A stretch of DNA of 64,000 nucleotides. It comes from Nitrospirota bacterium. Its GTDB lineage: Bacteria; Nitrospirota; UBA9217. Under the pieces are notes generated by a model that was given only the letters and a program-made list of their open reading frames with translations, did no database searches and was not told the origin of the DNA. This document shows positions 1-9,121 of this stretch, piece after piece. The translations under genes were made by a program, and so were the position numbers. How positions within the stretch are numbered: position 1 is the stretch's first letter; each line of letters begins with the position of its first letter. The stretch spans positions 2,272,001 to 2,336,000 of the forward strand of contig OY760142.1 in assembly GCA_963663225.1 (NCBI GenBank), read 5' to 3'.

Positions 1-200
1 CAGAATTCCGCCAGCAAAAACTCCGGCCAGTCATGCACCTGCTGGTCATAACTTGCAGAGGTTACATGAATGGGATCGCGAGGCACGTCAAGCAAGGTTT
101 TGCATTGTCCGCAGACGGGTTGAGCCTGCAACTTATTAATCGGCACGCGATTCAGTGTTTTGCAGGACTTGCATCGTATAATGACCGATTCATTCAGCAT
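1..200 (-). CDS. trxC: Thioredoxin 2-like protein with N-terminal zinc finger (runs off the window edge)
   Basis: Not in ORF track. Manual translation from ATG at 200: MLNESVIIRCKSCKTLNRVP...QPVCGQCKTLL...HDWPEFLLAEF. CxxC...NRVP...CxxC is the TrxC zinc-binding N-terminus; the WCxxC active site would lie just outside the window. Confidence 0.8.
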   Translation of the reverse strand, partial: MLNESVIIRCKSCKTLNRVPINKLQAQPVCGQCKTLLDVPRDPIHVTSASYDQQVHDWPEFLLAEF

Positions 201-286
201 AATTTTCGGGTAATACTATAAATTAGTATAGCACGATGCACAGTCAATTCCTGTGGCGGGCACTCCCGATATCTGCCGGAAGTGAA

Positions 287-375
287 GGCACTCAATCCCT
301 GCGACATGGAATCCCCTGGCTCCTGCCAGGGGAGGAATGCAGTAAGTCGCGGGAGGTCGCGTTTATCAAAGTGCC
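287..375. repeat. Nested palindrome resembling an IS200/IS605-type end hairpin
   Basis: TCCCCTGGC(312-320)/GCCAGGGGA(325-333) lies inside TCCCTGCGAC/GTCGCGGGA, which lies inside GGCACT/AGTGCC. Confidence 0.45.
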
Positions 376-450
376 GGAGGGGACTCCACTCGACGATTAC
401 GGTTTCTCACCTCCTGTTGTTTATACCCCAAAAATACCCATATATGGCGA

Positions 451-479
451 TTGACGTTATTAGGTGATTTTTATAGAGT
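451..479 (+). promoter_or_regulatory. Putative sigma70 promoter of the C1 peptidase gene
   Basis: TTGACG-17 bp-TAGAGT, followed by SD AGGAGG at 500-505. Confidence 0.5.
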
Positions 480-512
480 TACAGCCATATAGACTAAACA
501 GGAGGTATATTT

Positions 513-1316
513 ATGCGGAATGCATATAATAAAAAGAAAGTTTCGGGAAAAAAAAGGAAAACCACGAATGCTTACGGATGGGTGCCTGACCTGCCTGACC
601 ATCGTGACTATCTCTACAGTGCAATGCGGCCTGTACCGCCGGCACTTCCGTTGCGAGTTGATTTGCGTTCTTTTTGTTCCAAGGTGGAGGACCAGGGCAG
701 CTTGGGGAGTTGCACCGCTCAGGCTCTTGTGGGGGCGCTTGAATTTCTCGAAATACAAAATCAGGTTCGGTATGCGGATTTGAGCAGACTTTTCCTCTAT
801 TATAACGAGCGGGTCATCGAGCATTCCGTGCGGTCGGATGCAGGAGCGATGCTTCGGGATGGAATTAAAACCCTGGCGAAACAGGGTGTTTGTCGTGAGA
901 AACTGTGGCCATATGTTCCGGAAAAGTTCGCCGCCAAGCCCGGTGCGGGCTGCTATACAGATGCAGAAAATCATCAAATCACTTCGTATCACCGAATACT
1001 TACCCTTGAGGAAATGCGTTCCTGCCTTGCCGAGGGTTTTCCTTTTGTTTTTGGATTTACCGTGTATGAAAGTTTCGAAACGGATGAAATTGCACTGAGC
1101 GGTGTTGTAGATATGCCGCATCCGGACGAACGGGTCGTCGGAGGGCATGCAGTCATGGCTGTCGGATACGATGACGCTGTCAAGAGATTTATCGTGCGAA
1201 ATTCCTGGGGCATACGATGGGGAGTGAAGGGCTACTTTACAATGCCCTATGCGTATCTCGCAGACAGAAATCTTTCGGATGATTTCTGGACGATACGAAA
1301 GGGAGAAAAAATGTAA
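513..1316 (+). CDS. Papain-family (C1A) cysteine peptidase, no signal peptide
   Basis: YGWVPDLPDHRD N-terminus; catalytic motifs QGSLGSC, GGHAV and RNSWG; strong SD. Confidence 0.92.
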   Translation: MRNAYNKKKVSGKKRKTTNAYGWVPDLPDHRDYLYSAMRPVPPALPLRVDLRSFCSKVEDQGSLGSCTAQALVGALEFLEIQNQVRYADLSRLFLYYNERVIEHSVRSDAGAMLRDGIKTLAKQGVCREKLWPYVPEKFAAKPGAGCYTDAENHQITSYHRILTLEEMRSCLAEGFPFVFGFTVYESFETDEIALSGVVDMPHPDERVVGGHAVMAVGYDDAVKRFIVRNSWGIRWGVKGYFTMPYAYLADRNLSDDFWTIRKGEKM

Positions 1317-1417
1317 AAGCATCAGAACCCCGGCTTACTTTTTTTAAGAAAAACCGGGCGGTCCTGAAAAATCGTGTTATAATTCAAGCGAACCTGAATT
1401 GAGTTCCTTATGGCCCT

Positions 1418-2386
1418 ATGCATTTTTCACCATCCTATACCATTCTCATCGTGGGTCTTGGCGCTATCGGAACGGTTTTCGCGACACTTCTGAAAAACGC
1501 CGGGCACAGAATTTTTGCCCTCACCCGTGAAAAACAACTCGCAGACTTCAGACAGCGGAAACTCCAGGTCACCGGCATTTGGGGAGAACACGAGGCGCAG
1601 CTTGACGGTCTTTACAACTCTACGGCTCCTCTGCAGCCAGTTGCTTTTGATTTCATTTTCTTGACGGTAAAATCATATGATACGGAATCTGTAATCAGGC
1701 AGCTGAAACCGCTCATACGAGACTCGACGGTTGTTATCACGGCACAAAATGGATATGGCAACTATGAACTCGTGTCTGAAACAATCGGCAGAGAACACGC
1801 GCTCCTTGCCGGCGTCTATTTCGGCGCGAAACTGAGCTCACCCGGCCTGGCGGAAGTCACGGTACTTGCTGATAAGGTGCAGATAGGCCAGCCGCACAAT
1901 GCGGTGCCTCAGGAACGGGTCAGCGGAATCACCGCCGCGATCTCTGCCGCCGGCATCCCTGCCGTGCATGCTACAGATGTGTATGCCGCTCTCTGGGACA
2001 AAATCATTTACAACTCGGCATTGAATCCTCTGGGAGCAATACTGGAGTGCAATTATGGTAAGCTTGTCGCACATCCAGAAACACGCTGGATTATGGACCA
2101 GATCATCAACGAGATATTTCAGGTCGCCCGCGCGCACGGCATCGTCTTGCGATGGTCCTCCCCGCAGGCGTATTACGAGCATTTTTATTCCCGCCTGCTT
2201 CCTCCAACAATCCAACACTTTCCTTCGATGTACTATGACGTCCAGGCAGGCAAACGGCTCGAAATAGATGCATTAAACGGCGCCATTGTCAAACTTGCGC
2301 ATGAGAAAGCGATTAAGGTTCCTGTGAACGAGACCATCACGGGACTTATCAAAGTAAAAGAAGCCATGATCCGGCGGGATGGTTAA
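1418..2386 (+). CDS. panE: 2-dehydropantoate 2-reductase (ApbA/PanE family)
   Basis: GLGAIG Rossmann motif, VKSYD, QNG, WDKIIYNSALNPL, SMYYD...EIDALNG. Confidence 0.88.
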   Translation: MHFSPSYTILIVGLGAIGTVFATLLKNAGHRIFALTREKQLADFRQRKLQVTGIWGEHEAQLDGLYNSTAPLQPVAFDFIFLTVKSYDTESVIRQLKPLIRDSTVVITAQNGYGNYELVSETIGREHALLAGVYFGAKLSSPGLAEVTVLADKVQIGQPHNAVPQERVSGITAAISAAGIPAVHATDVYAALWDKIIYNSALNPLGAILECNYGKLVAHPETRWIMDQIINEIFQVARAHGIVLRWSSPQAYYEHFYSRLLPPTIQHFPSMYYDVQAGKRLEIDALNGAIVKLAHEKAIKVPVNETITGLIKVKEAMIRRDG

Positions 2387-2480
2387 GTCGTTGCTCGGAA
2401 TTTATTCTTACGCAAGCGATAAGCCTAAGTGGTTTTTTCTGCGGTTATGATACGGTAAGAAGGATTTCTAAAAGGGGGAA

Positions 2481-3131
2481 ATGAATATGAATGAAGCACA
2501 AACCTGGCATGTAGATGCTCTCGGAGCGAAGGCTGTTGATGCGCTGGTGAAAAACAACTTTAAGGCAGTCTACGCAAAAACGCGCAGCGAAGCGGTGGAA
2601 CGTGTCCTTGCCGCCATTCCGGAAGGAGCAGCAGTGGGCATGGGAGGGTCGTGGACCACGACCGCTGATCTTGCTTTGGGTGACCTGCTGGAAAAACGCG
2701 GTCACACGGTATATAACCATAATAAGCCGGGCCTCACTCCTGAACAGGTTCTGGATTACCGCCACAAACAGCTGTCCTGCGATGTGTTTCTTTCCGGCAG
2801 CAATGCGGTAACACTCGACGGTAAATTGGTCAATGTCGACGGTGTCGGCAATCGGGTTGCCGCCATGATTTTCGGGCCGAAAAAGGTGATCGTCGTCGCC
2901 GGAATCAATAAGATCGTCCGTGATGTTGCGGCAGCCGAAGAGAGAATCGAGCTCTATGCAGCGCCGATTAACAACAAGCGGATCAACAAGCCCAATCCCT
3001 GTACGCAAACCGGCGTCTGCATGCATTGCCAGGGACCGACCAGAATTTGCAATATCACCACGATTATCAGAAAGAAGCCGCCGCTGACTGATTATCATGT
3101 TGTTATTGTCGGTGAGAATCTCGGTTTTTAA
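2481..3131 (+). CDS. LUD-domain (lactate utilization LutC/YkgG-like) protein
   Basis: GGSWT, NAVTLDGKLVNVDGVGNRVAAMIFGP and a C-terminal PCxxTGxCxxC...RIC cysteine cluster. Confidence 0.85.
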   Translation: MNMNEAQTWHVDALGAKAVDALVKNNFKAVYAKTRSEAVERVLAAIPEGAAVGMGGSWTTTADLALGDLLEKRGHTVYNHNKPGLTPEQVLDYRHKQLSCDVFLSGSNAVTLDGKLVNVDGVGNRVAAMIFGPKKVIVVAGINKIVRDVAAAEERIELYAAPINNKRINKPNPCTQTGVCMHCQGPTRICNITTIIRKKPPLTDYHVVIVGENLGF

Positions 3132-3188
3132 TGCTGCATATGCGGTTGGCGCCTGCCTGCTGCACATTTAAAATCCTGCGATACCGCT

Positions 3189-3227
3189 AAGAAGCCTGGG
3201 AAGCCTAGAACCCGGGTTTCTTTTTTT
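3189..3227 (+). terminator. Intrinsic terminator after the LUD gene
   Basis: GAAGCCTGGG/CCCGGGTTTC stem (with G-U pairs) followed by T7. Confidence 0.7.
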
Positions 3228-3332
3228 GGGGAGGGAGAAGAAATATATATTTCTGATTCATCTTGTCCATTCTTCGTGCCATATTTTTCGCTGATTTCTG
3301 CCTGAATGCTTTAAGTACCGAATAAAAAACTG

Positions 3333-3361
3333 TTGCAACAAAGTGATGGATATTGTATATT
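3333..3361 (+). promoter_or_regulatory. sigma70 promoter directly abutting the leuC start
   Basis: TTGCAA-17 bp-TATATT, ending 8 nt before ATG 3370; no SD. Confidence 0.55.
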
Positions 3362-3369
3362 TTTATATT

Positions 3370-4629
3370 ATGATGACAATTACTGAAAAAATTCTAGCCG
3401 CGCATTGCGGCAAAAAAGAAGTTGTTCCCGGCGAATTGATCAACGCAAAACTGGATCTGGTGCTTGGAAATGACATTACTGCGCCGATTGCAATCAAGGA
3501 GTTCCGCGCTTCCGGTGCTAGGAAAGTGTTTGATCCGGGAAGGATTGCATTCATTTGCGACCACTTTACGCCGAACAAGGACATCGCATCCGCAGAGCAG
3601 TGCAATATGATCCGACAGTTCGCCCGTGAATATAATCTTTCGCTCTTTTTCGATGTGGGGAAAATGGGTGTTGAGCACGCGCTCCTGCCGGAACAGGGGC
3701 TCGTCGTCCCGGGCGATGCAATGATCGGTGCCGACAGTCATACCTGCACCTACGGCGGACTCGGGGCTTTTTCCACAGGCGTTGGGAGCACCGACCTGGC
3801 CGCTGCGATGATTACGGGCGAATCCTGGTTCAGGGTTCCTGAAAGCATGAAGTTTGTTTATAAAGGCAAGCCCGGCAAGTGGGTGGGCGGCAAAGACTTA
3901 ATCCTTCGCACTATCGGCGATGTCGGGGTTGATGGTGCGCGGTATCGCGCGATGGAGTTTACCGGAGAATCTATCAGAAAGCTTTCCATGGCGGGCCGTC
4001 TGACCATGTGCAATATGGCCATTGAGGCTGGTGCCAAGAATGGGATTGTCGAACCGGATGAAATCACGGAAAAATATGTGGCCAAGCGCGCGAAGCGTAA
4101 ATATAAGTTTTACAAAAGCGACCGGAAGGCGAACTATATCGACGTACGCGAATATGATCTGAGCGGCATGGAACCGCAGATTGCCTGCCCTCATCTGCCG
4201 GAGAATGTAAAGCCCGTGAGCGAATTGGCCTCGGTCAATATCGACCAGGCCATGATCGGGTCCTGTACAAACGGAAGAATTGAGGACATCAGGGAGGCGG
4301 CAAAAGTCATTAAAGGGCATAAAGTCCATCCCTATGTCCGCATGATTGTGATTCCGGCGACACAGGCAGTGTATAAACAGTCCATCAAGGAAGGTCTCGT
4401 GGACATATTCATTGATGCGGGCGCGGCCTACAGCACGCCGACGTGCGGCCCCTGCCTTGGCGGTCATATGGGTGTTCTGGCTGCCGGGGAGCGCGCTATC
4501 AGTACATCGAACCGGAATTTTGTAGGCAGGATGGGGCACACAAAAAGCGAAGTATACCTTTCCAACCCCGCAATCGCGGCAGCTTCTGCCGTGTTGGGCA
4601 GAATTGGAAGACCTGAAGAACTGCGGTAA
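3370..4629 (+). CDS. leuC: 3-isopropylmalate dehydratase large subunit
   Basis: [47 protein letters not shown]. Confidence 0.95.
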   Translation: MMTITEKILAAHCGKKEVVPGELINAKLDLVLGNDITAPIAIKEFRASGARKVFDPGRIAFICDHFTPNKDIASAEQCNMIRQFAREYNLSLFFDVGKMGVEHALLPEQGLVVPGDAMIGADSHTCTYGGLGAFSTGVGSTDLAAAMITGESWFRVPESMKFVYKGKPGKWVGGKDLILRTIGDVGVDGARYRAMEFTGESIRKLSMAGRLTMCNMAIEAGAKNGIVEPDEITEKYVAKRAKRKYKFYKSDRKANYIDVREYDLSGMEPQIACPHLPENVKPVSELASVNIDQAMIGSCTNGRIEDIREAAKVIKGHKVHPYVRMIVIPATQAVYKQSIKEGLVDIFIDAGAAYSTPTCGPCLGGHMGVLAAGERAISTSNRNFVGRMGHTKSEVYLSNPAIAAASAVLGRIGRPEELR

Positions 4630-4668
4630 ACACTTCCGCGCATAAAATACGGAATAAAAGAGGATTGC

Positions 4669-5169
4669 ATGAAATTTACTGGCAAAGCATGGAAATTCGG
4701 CTCAGATGTCGATACGGACGCTATTATCCCTGCACGCTATCTGAATACTTCAGATCCGAAGGAACTGGCCGTACACTGCATGGAAGATTCAGTGCATCCC
4801 GACTTTGCCGAAAAAATGAAGCCGGGAGACATTATTGTTGCGGATAAAAATTTCGGATGCGGGTCTTCCCGTGAACACGCGCCGATCGCAATAAAAGCGG
4901 CAAACGTATCCTGTGTTGTCGCGAAAAGTTTTGCCCGGATTTTTTACCGGAATTCATTCAACATGGGGCTGCCTATTTTTGAAAGCACGGAAGCGGTGGA
5001 TGGTATCGGAGAGGGCGACGAAATAGAAGTTGACGCCGACAACGGCGTGATCCGCAATCTGACCACGAACAGGGAATTTACCGCTACGCCGGTGCCGGTG
5101 TTCATGCAGGAGTTGGTTGCAGCCGGCGGGCTCATGGCGTATACGAAGAAAAAAGCAAAACTTGACTGA
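4669..5169 (+). CDS. leuD: 3-isopropylmalate dehydratase small subunit
   Basis: DVDTDAIIPARYL and NFGCGSSREHAP; follows leuC. Confidence 0.95.
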   Translation: MKFTGKAWKFGSDVDTDAIIPARYLNTSDPKELAVHCMEDSVHPDFAEKMKPGDIIVADKNFGCGSSREHAPIAIKAANVSCVVAKSFARIFYRNSFNMGLPIFESTEAVDGIGEGDEIEVDADNGVIRNLTTNREFTATPVPVFMQELVAAGGLMAYTKKKAKLD

Positions 5170-5619
5170 GTTCTGCATTGATGGAGATGCAGAAGCAGGT
5201 TTCAGCACAACGGACTATTGGAAGGTGAAGTTTGGTGCCGAGAGGTGTATCAGTATTGCAGGCGGCGGCCTTTCTGCGCCGGAGATTTTTGCACGCCGCC
5301 CATATCCCCTTCAGTTGAGTGATTTCCAGTCATATTCATCTTGCAACAATCGGTGCCTGTTTTACCCGCACGTGTTCACCCGTCAGGGATAACTTTCCAG
5401 CGTTTCGTCCGAAAGGGAACGAATCGCGATCAGAAACAAAGCAGGAAACAGAGGGACGTTTCGGAGCATGCATCAGTTTGATGCTCCATATGCTGCCTGC
5501 GTTGTTGTTCCTCGCGGGGAATTGCGCTGCCTGCAATTCCCCTGGCTGCATTGCTGAATATTGAGCCGGAGCAATCCAGAAACGATACAAGCTCAACCGA
5601 TTTCAGGAGGGAGATTGAT

Positions 5620-7728
5620 ATGGCAAAAGGTATTTATGTAGCGAGCGCAGAACCATCGAGCTATAAATCTATTGTTGTTCTCGGGATGATGGAACTCCTC
5701 ATGCACCAGGCCCAGAAAGTGGGGTTTTTTAAACCGGTGCTGTCCGCGAATCCCGAAGAAGATTCCACCATTCATCTCATTTCCAGCCGTTATAAACTCT
5801 GGACTTCCCTGGAAAGCATGTATGGAGTCACGCATGAGACAGCCAGCACACTGATGGCCACAAATCAGCATGATCAGCTGCTTACGCGCATCATGGAAAA
5901 ATACCGGGCGCTGGAGACAAAGTACGACGTTGTTTTGTGCGAAGGCCCGTCTTTCGAAGGCGGATCGACCCCTCTTGAATTTGATTTTAATGTGGATGTG
6001 GCGAACAACCTCGGCTGCCTGCTGGTGCCTGTTATGCGCGGATACGGCCGGTCTCTGGTGGAGATGAGTGAGGCGCTTGCCGCAATTGTCGACGGCCTGG
6101 AAAGAAGGAAGTGCGACGTTCTTGCCATTATTGTCAACCGGGTCCCGGCCGATCTGGTGGTGGACGCTCCGGTCCGCTTGAAAAATATTGTTCCGAGAGA
6201 TATTCCGGTATACGCTCTTGCCGATAACGCGGTACTCTGGAATCCCACGGTTTGTGAAATCGCAAAGTCGCTCAATGCAACGTTTTTAAACGGCAAACAG
6301 GACTGCGCCATACGGGCGGTAGGCGACTACAAGGTTGCGGCCATGGAGCTTTCCAATTTTCTTGGCTATATTAAAGAGGGCACGCTGGTCATTACACCCG
6401 GTGACCGTCCCGACATTCTGCTCGGGAGTCTGCTCGCAGATGCATCCAGTACCTATCCGCGCATGGCCGGGATCATTCTCACCTGCGGAGTCATTCCTGC
6501 CCCGAAAGTGCAGCAACTGATAGAAGGTTTCAAGACGTCGCTTCCCATTCTTTCGGTAAACACCGACACGTTCAGCGTTGCGGTGAAAGTGCGGGATATG
6601 GAAGGGGCATTGGTCCCCGAGAACAAGCGCAAGATGGAGACCGCCCTCGGTATTTTCGAGTCGGGAGTCAAGGTCCAAGAACTTAGGGAGCGTCTTGCCG
6701 TGTCCAGTTCGCAGCGCGTGACTCCGCTCATGTTTGAATATGATATTATTCAGCGGGCGAAGTCCGTAAAACGGCACATCGTCCTGCCGGAAGGTTCGGA
6801 GCCCCGCATTCTGCAGGCCGCAGAACTCCTGCTGCTTCGTCAGGTCGTTGATCTCACGCTGCTCGGGAATGAGAAGAAAATCAAACAAAAAATCGCCGAG
6901 CTTGGTCTTAAGCTTGATCAGGTGAATATCATCGATCCGGCGACTTCAGAATTGCATCAAAAATACGCCGAAATCTACTATGAGCTCAGAAAACAGAAAG
7001 GGGCAACGAAGGCGTCCGCGTATGATGCCATGGCGGACCCGAGCTACTTCGGCACCATGATGGTGTACGAAGGGCAGGCGGACGGCATGGTTTCCGGGTC
7101 GGTGAACACAACCCAGCATACGATCCGGCCGTCTCTGGAGTTCGTTAAAACAAAGCCGGGGATTTCACTCGTCTCAAGCGTCTTTTTCATGTGTCTTGCG
7201 GACCGCGTGCTTGTGTTCGGCGACTGTGCGGTGAATCCCAATCCGGATGCCAAACAGCTTGCCGATATCGCTATCAGTTCCGCTGAGACCGCAGTCGCGT
7301 TCGGAATCGAACCGCGTATTGCGATGCTTTCGTATTCGAGCGGGGAATCCGGAAAGGGTGATGAGGTCAATAAAGTCAAGGAAGCGACATTAATAGCAAA
7401 GGAAGCCCGTCCTGACTTCAAAATTGAAGGGCCGCTCCAATTTGATGCGGCTATTGATCCGGAAGTTGCAAAGATCAAGCTTCCGAACAGTGAAATTGCC
7501 GGAAAGGCGACGGTATTCATTTTCCCCGACTTGAACACCGGAAATAACACATACAAAGCGGTGCAGCGTTCTGCCAATGCAGTCGCTGTCGGTCCGGTGC
7601 TGCAGGGTTTGAACAAACCGGTAAATGATCTCAGCAGAGGTTGCACGGTAGCAGATATACTCAATACCGTTGCTATTACAGCCATACAGGCTCAGACAAC
7701 CGGAGATACGCAAAGGAGCAGGTCGTAA
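5620..7728 (+). CDS. pta: Phosphate acetyltransferase (long form with DRTGG domain)
   Basis: N-terminal BioD-like region, ITPGDR (DRTGG), IVLPEG, GDCAVNP, FPDLNTGNNTYK, PVNDLSRG; SD AGGAGG before ATG 5620. Confidence 0.95.
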   Translation: MAKGIYVASAEPSSYKSIVVLGMMELLMHQAQKVGFFKPVLSANPEEDSTIHLISSRYKLWTSLESMYGVTHETASTLMATNQHDQLLTRIMEKYRALETKYDVVLCEGPSFEGGSTPLEFDFNVDVANNLGCLLVPVMRGYGRSLVEMSEALAAIVDGLERRKCDVLAIIVNRVPADLVVDAPVRLKNIVPRDIPVYALADNAVLWNPTVCEIAKSLNATFLNGKQDCAIRAVGDYKVAAMELSNFLGYIKEGTLVITPGDRPDILLGSLLADASSTYPRMAGIILTCGVIPAPKVQQLIEGFKTSLPILSVNTDTFSVAVKVRDMEGALVPENKRKMETALGIFESGVKVQELRERLAVSSSQRVTPLMFEYDIIQRAKSVKRHIVLPEGSEPRILQAAELLLLRQVVDLTLLGNEKKIKQKIAELGLKLDQVNIIDPATSELHQKYAEIYYELRKQKGATKASAYDAMADPSYFGTMMVYEGQADGMVSGSVNTTQHTIRPSLEFVKTKPGISLVSSVFFMCLADRVLVFGDCAVNPNPDAKQLADIAISSAETAVAFGIEPRIAMLSYSSGESGKGDEVNKVKEATLIAKEARPDFKIEGPLQFDAAIDPEVAKIKLPNSEIAGKATVFIFPDLNTGNNTYKAVQRSANAVAVGPVLQGLNKPVNDLSRGCTVADILNTVAITAIQAQTTGDTQRSRS

Positions 7729-8942
7729 TGAAAGTACTTGTCTTGAATGCAGGCAGTTCTTCCATTAAATATCAGCTTTTTGACATGGAAGCAAAGGTTG
7801 TGCTCACCTCAGGCCTGGTGGAGCAGATCGGCGAGCCGACGGGCCGGCTTAAATATAAATGGCACGACAGCAACAATGAGCCGCAGGAAAACGTTGAAGA
7901 AAGCCATTTTGCGGACCACAGCGCTGGCCTGAAATTGATTTTTGATATTACCATGAAACTTGGCATTATTCACGATATCAACGATCTGTTCGGCATCGGA
8001 CACCGCGTGCTGCACGGGGGCGAGGCATTCTGGAAGCCGACTCTCATCAACAGCAAGGTTGTTGAAGTCATCCGCCAAATGATCCCTCTGGGGCCCCTGC
8101 ACAATCCTGCCAATCTGATGGGCATCGAATTTATGCTGGAGATGACTCCGGATATCCCGCAAGTTGCGATTTTTGACACCGCCTTCGGCCAGACCATGCC
8201 GCCTTATGCATACCATTATGCAATTCCGTACAGCTATTACAAGGAGTTGAAGGTGCGGCGCTATGGTTTTCACGGCACTTCTCACCAGTATGTTTCAAAG
8301 CAGGCCGCGTTGCTGCTGAAGAAACCGATCGGTTCCTGCAATCTCATCACGCTCCATCTCGGAAATGGTTCCAGCGCCTCCGCCATCAGAAACGGACAGT
8401 GCGTTGACACTTCTATGGGGTTGACGCCGCTGGAGGGTCTTGTCATGGGAACACGCTGCGGAGACCTCGATCCCGCGATTATCCCGTTTCTTGGGAAGTC
8501 ACTGGGGTTGTCCTACGAACTGCTGGATGCGGTCCTGAACAAACAGAGCGGCCTGAAAGGCATCTGCGGAACCAACGACATGCGCGAAGTCGAACGCCTT
8601 GCCCAGAGCGGCAATCACAATGCAAAGCTTGCGATCGATATGTTCTGTTATCGGATCAAAAAATATATCGGTTCGTATTCTGCAGCGCTCGGCAGGGTTG
8701 ATGGCCTCGTCTTCACCGGTGGCATCGGCGAAAATGCGGTCAATATCAGAAGACAGTGCTGTGCCGATCTCGAAAATATCGGAGTGGCAATTGATGGAAA
8801 TAAAAATGCCGCTCAGTCGCGACAGGAGCGGATCATTTCTCCGGATTCCTCGAAGGTCACGGTTATGGTTATTCCGACTAACGAAGAGCTAGAAATTGCA
8901 CAACAGACGGTAGAATGCATTAAGACGTCGAAAAGCAAATAA
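7728..8942 (+). CDS. ackA: Acetate kinase
   Basis: VLNAGSSSIK, PLHNP, RRYGFHGTSH, HLGNG, FTGGIGEN, IPTNEE; TAATG coupling to pta. Confidence 0.95.
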   Translation: MKVLVLNAGSSSIKYQLFDMEAKVVLTSGLVEQIGEPTGRLKYKWHDSNNEPQENVEESHFADHSAGLKLIFDITMKLGIIHDINDLFGIGHRVLHGGEAFWKPTLINSKVVEVIRQMIPLGPLHNPANLMGIEFMLEMTPDIPQVAIFDTAFGQTMPPYAYHYAIPYSYYKELKVRRYGFHGTSHQYVSKQAALLLKKPIGSCNLITLHLGNGSSASAIRNGQCVDTSMGLTPLEGLVMGTRCGDLDPAIIPFLGKSLGLSYELLDAVLNKQSGLKGICGTNDMREVERLAQSGNHNAKLAIDMFCYRIKKYIGSYSAALGRVDGLVFTGGIGENAVNIRRQCCADLENIGVAIDGNKNAAQSRQERIISPDSSKVTVMVIPTNEELEIAQQTVECIKTSKSK

Positions 8943-8968
8943 GATCACAATATAAAAGCACAATACGG

Positions 8969-9015
8969 AGGCTGTTGAACTGCAAACCATCAGGTGGATG
9001 TTCGACAGCCTTTTT
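8969..9015 (+). terminator. Intrinsic terminator of pta-ackA
   Basis: GGCTGTTGAAC/GTTCGACAGCC stem plus T5. Confidence 0.65.
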
Positions 9016-9052
9016 GTTGTTACCGGTTTTCAAGATTCCGGCGTTTGTCTGC

Positions 9053-9093
9053 AAAATAAAAAGAGCCCGTCCGGACCAGGCCGGACAGGCTCT
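9053..9093 (-). terminator. Intrinsic terminator of cstA
   Basis: GAGCCCGTCCGG/CCGGACAGGCTC stem next to an A-run on + (U-tract on -). Confidence 0.65.
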
Positions 9094-9121
9094 CAGGTAA
9101 CGGGAAACAGTCAACAGTAAA

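Noticed and set aside
471-1322. Long antisense and alternate-frame ORFs (e.g. 471-1322, 2445-3167, 25643-26452, 37352-38212, 60070-60783)
   Set aside because: They shadow well-supported genes, and have no motifs or SD sequences.
3131-3230. Possible leucine attenuator before leuC
   Set aside because: No Leu-rich leader peptide was found; the hairpin fits the terminator of the upstream gene and a separate promoter follows it.
5395-5480. Hammerhead-like CUGAU...GAAAC strings on the minus strand
   Set aside because: The cores read CUGAUGC and CUGAUCG rather than CUGANGA, and the required stems cannot be formed.
8170-8200. AckA motif DTAFGQ instead of DTAFHQ
   Set aside because: A single substitution with all other acetate kinase motifs intact; too weak to infer altered function.
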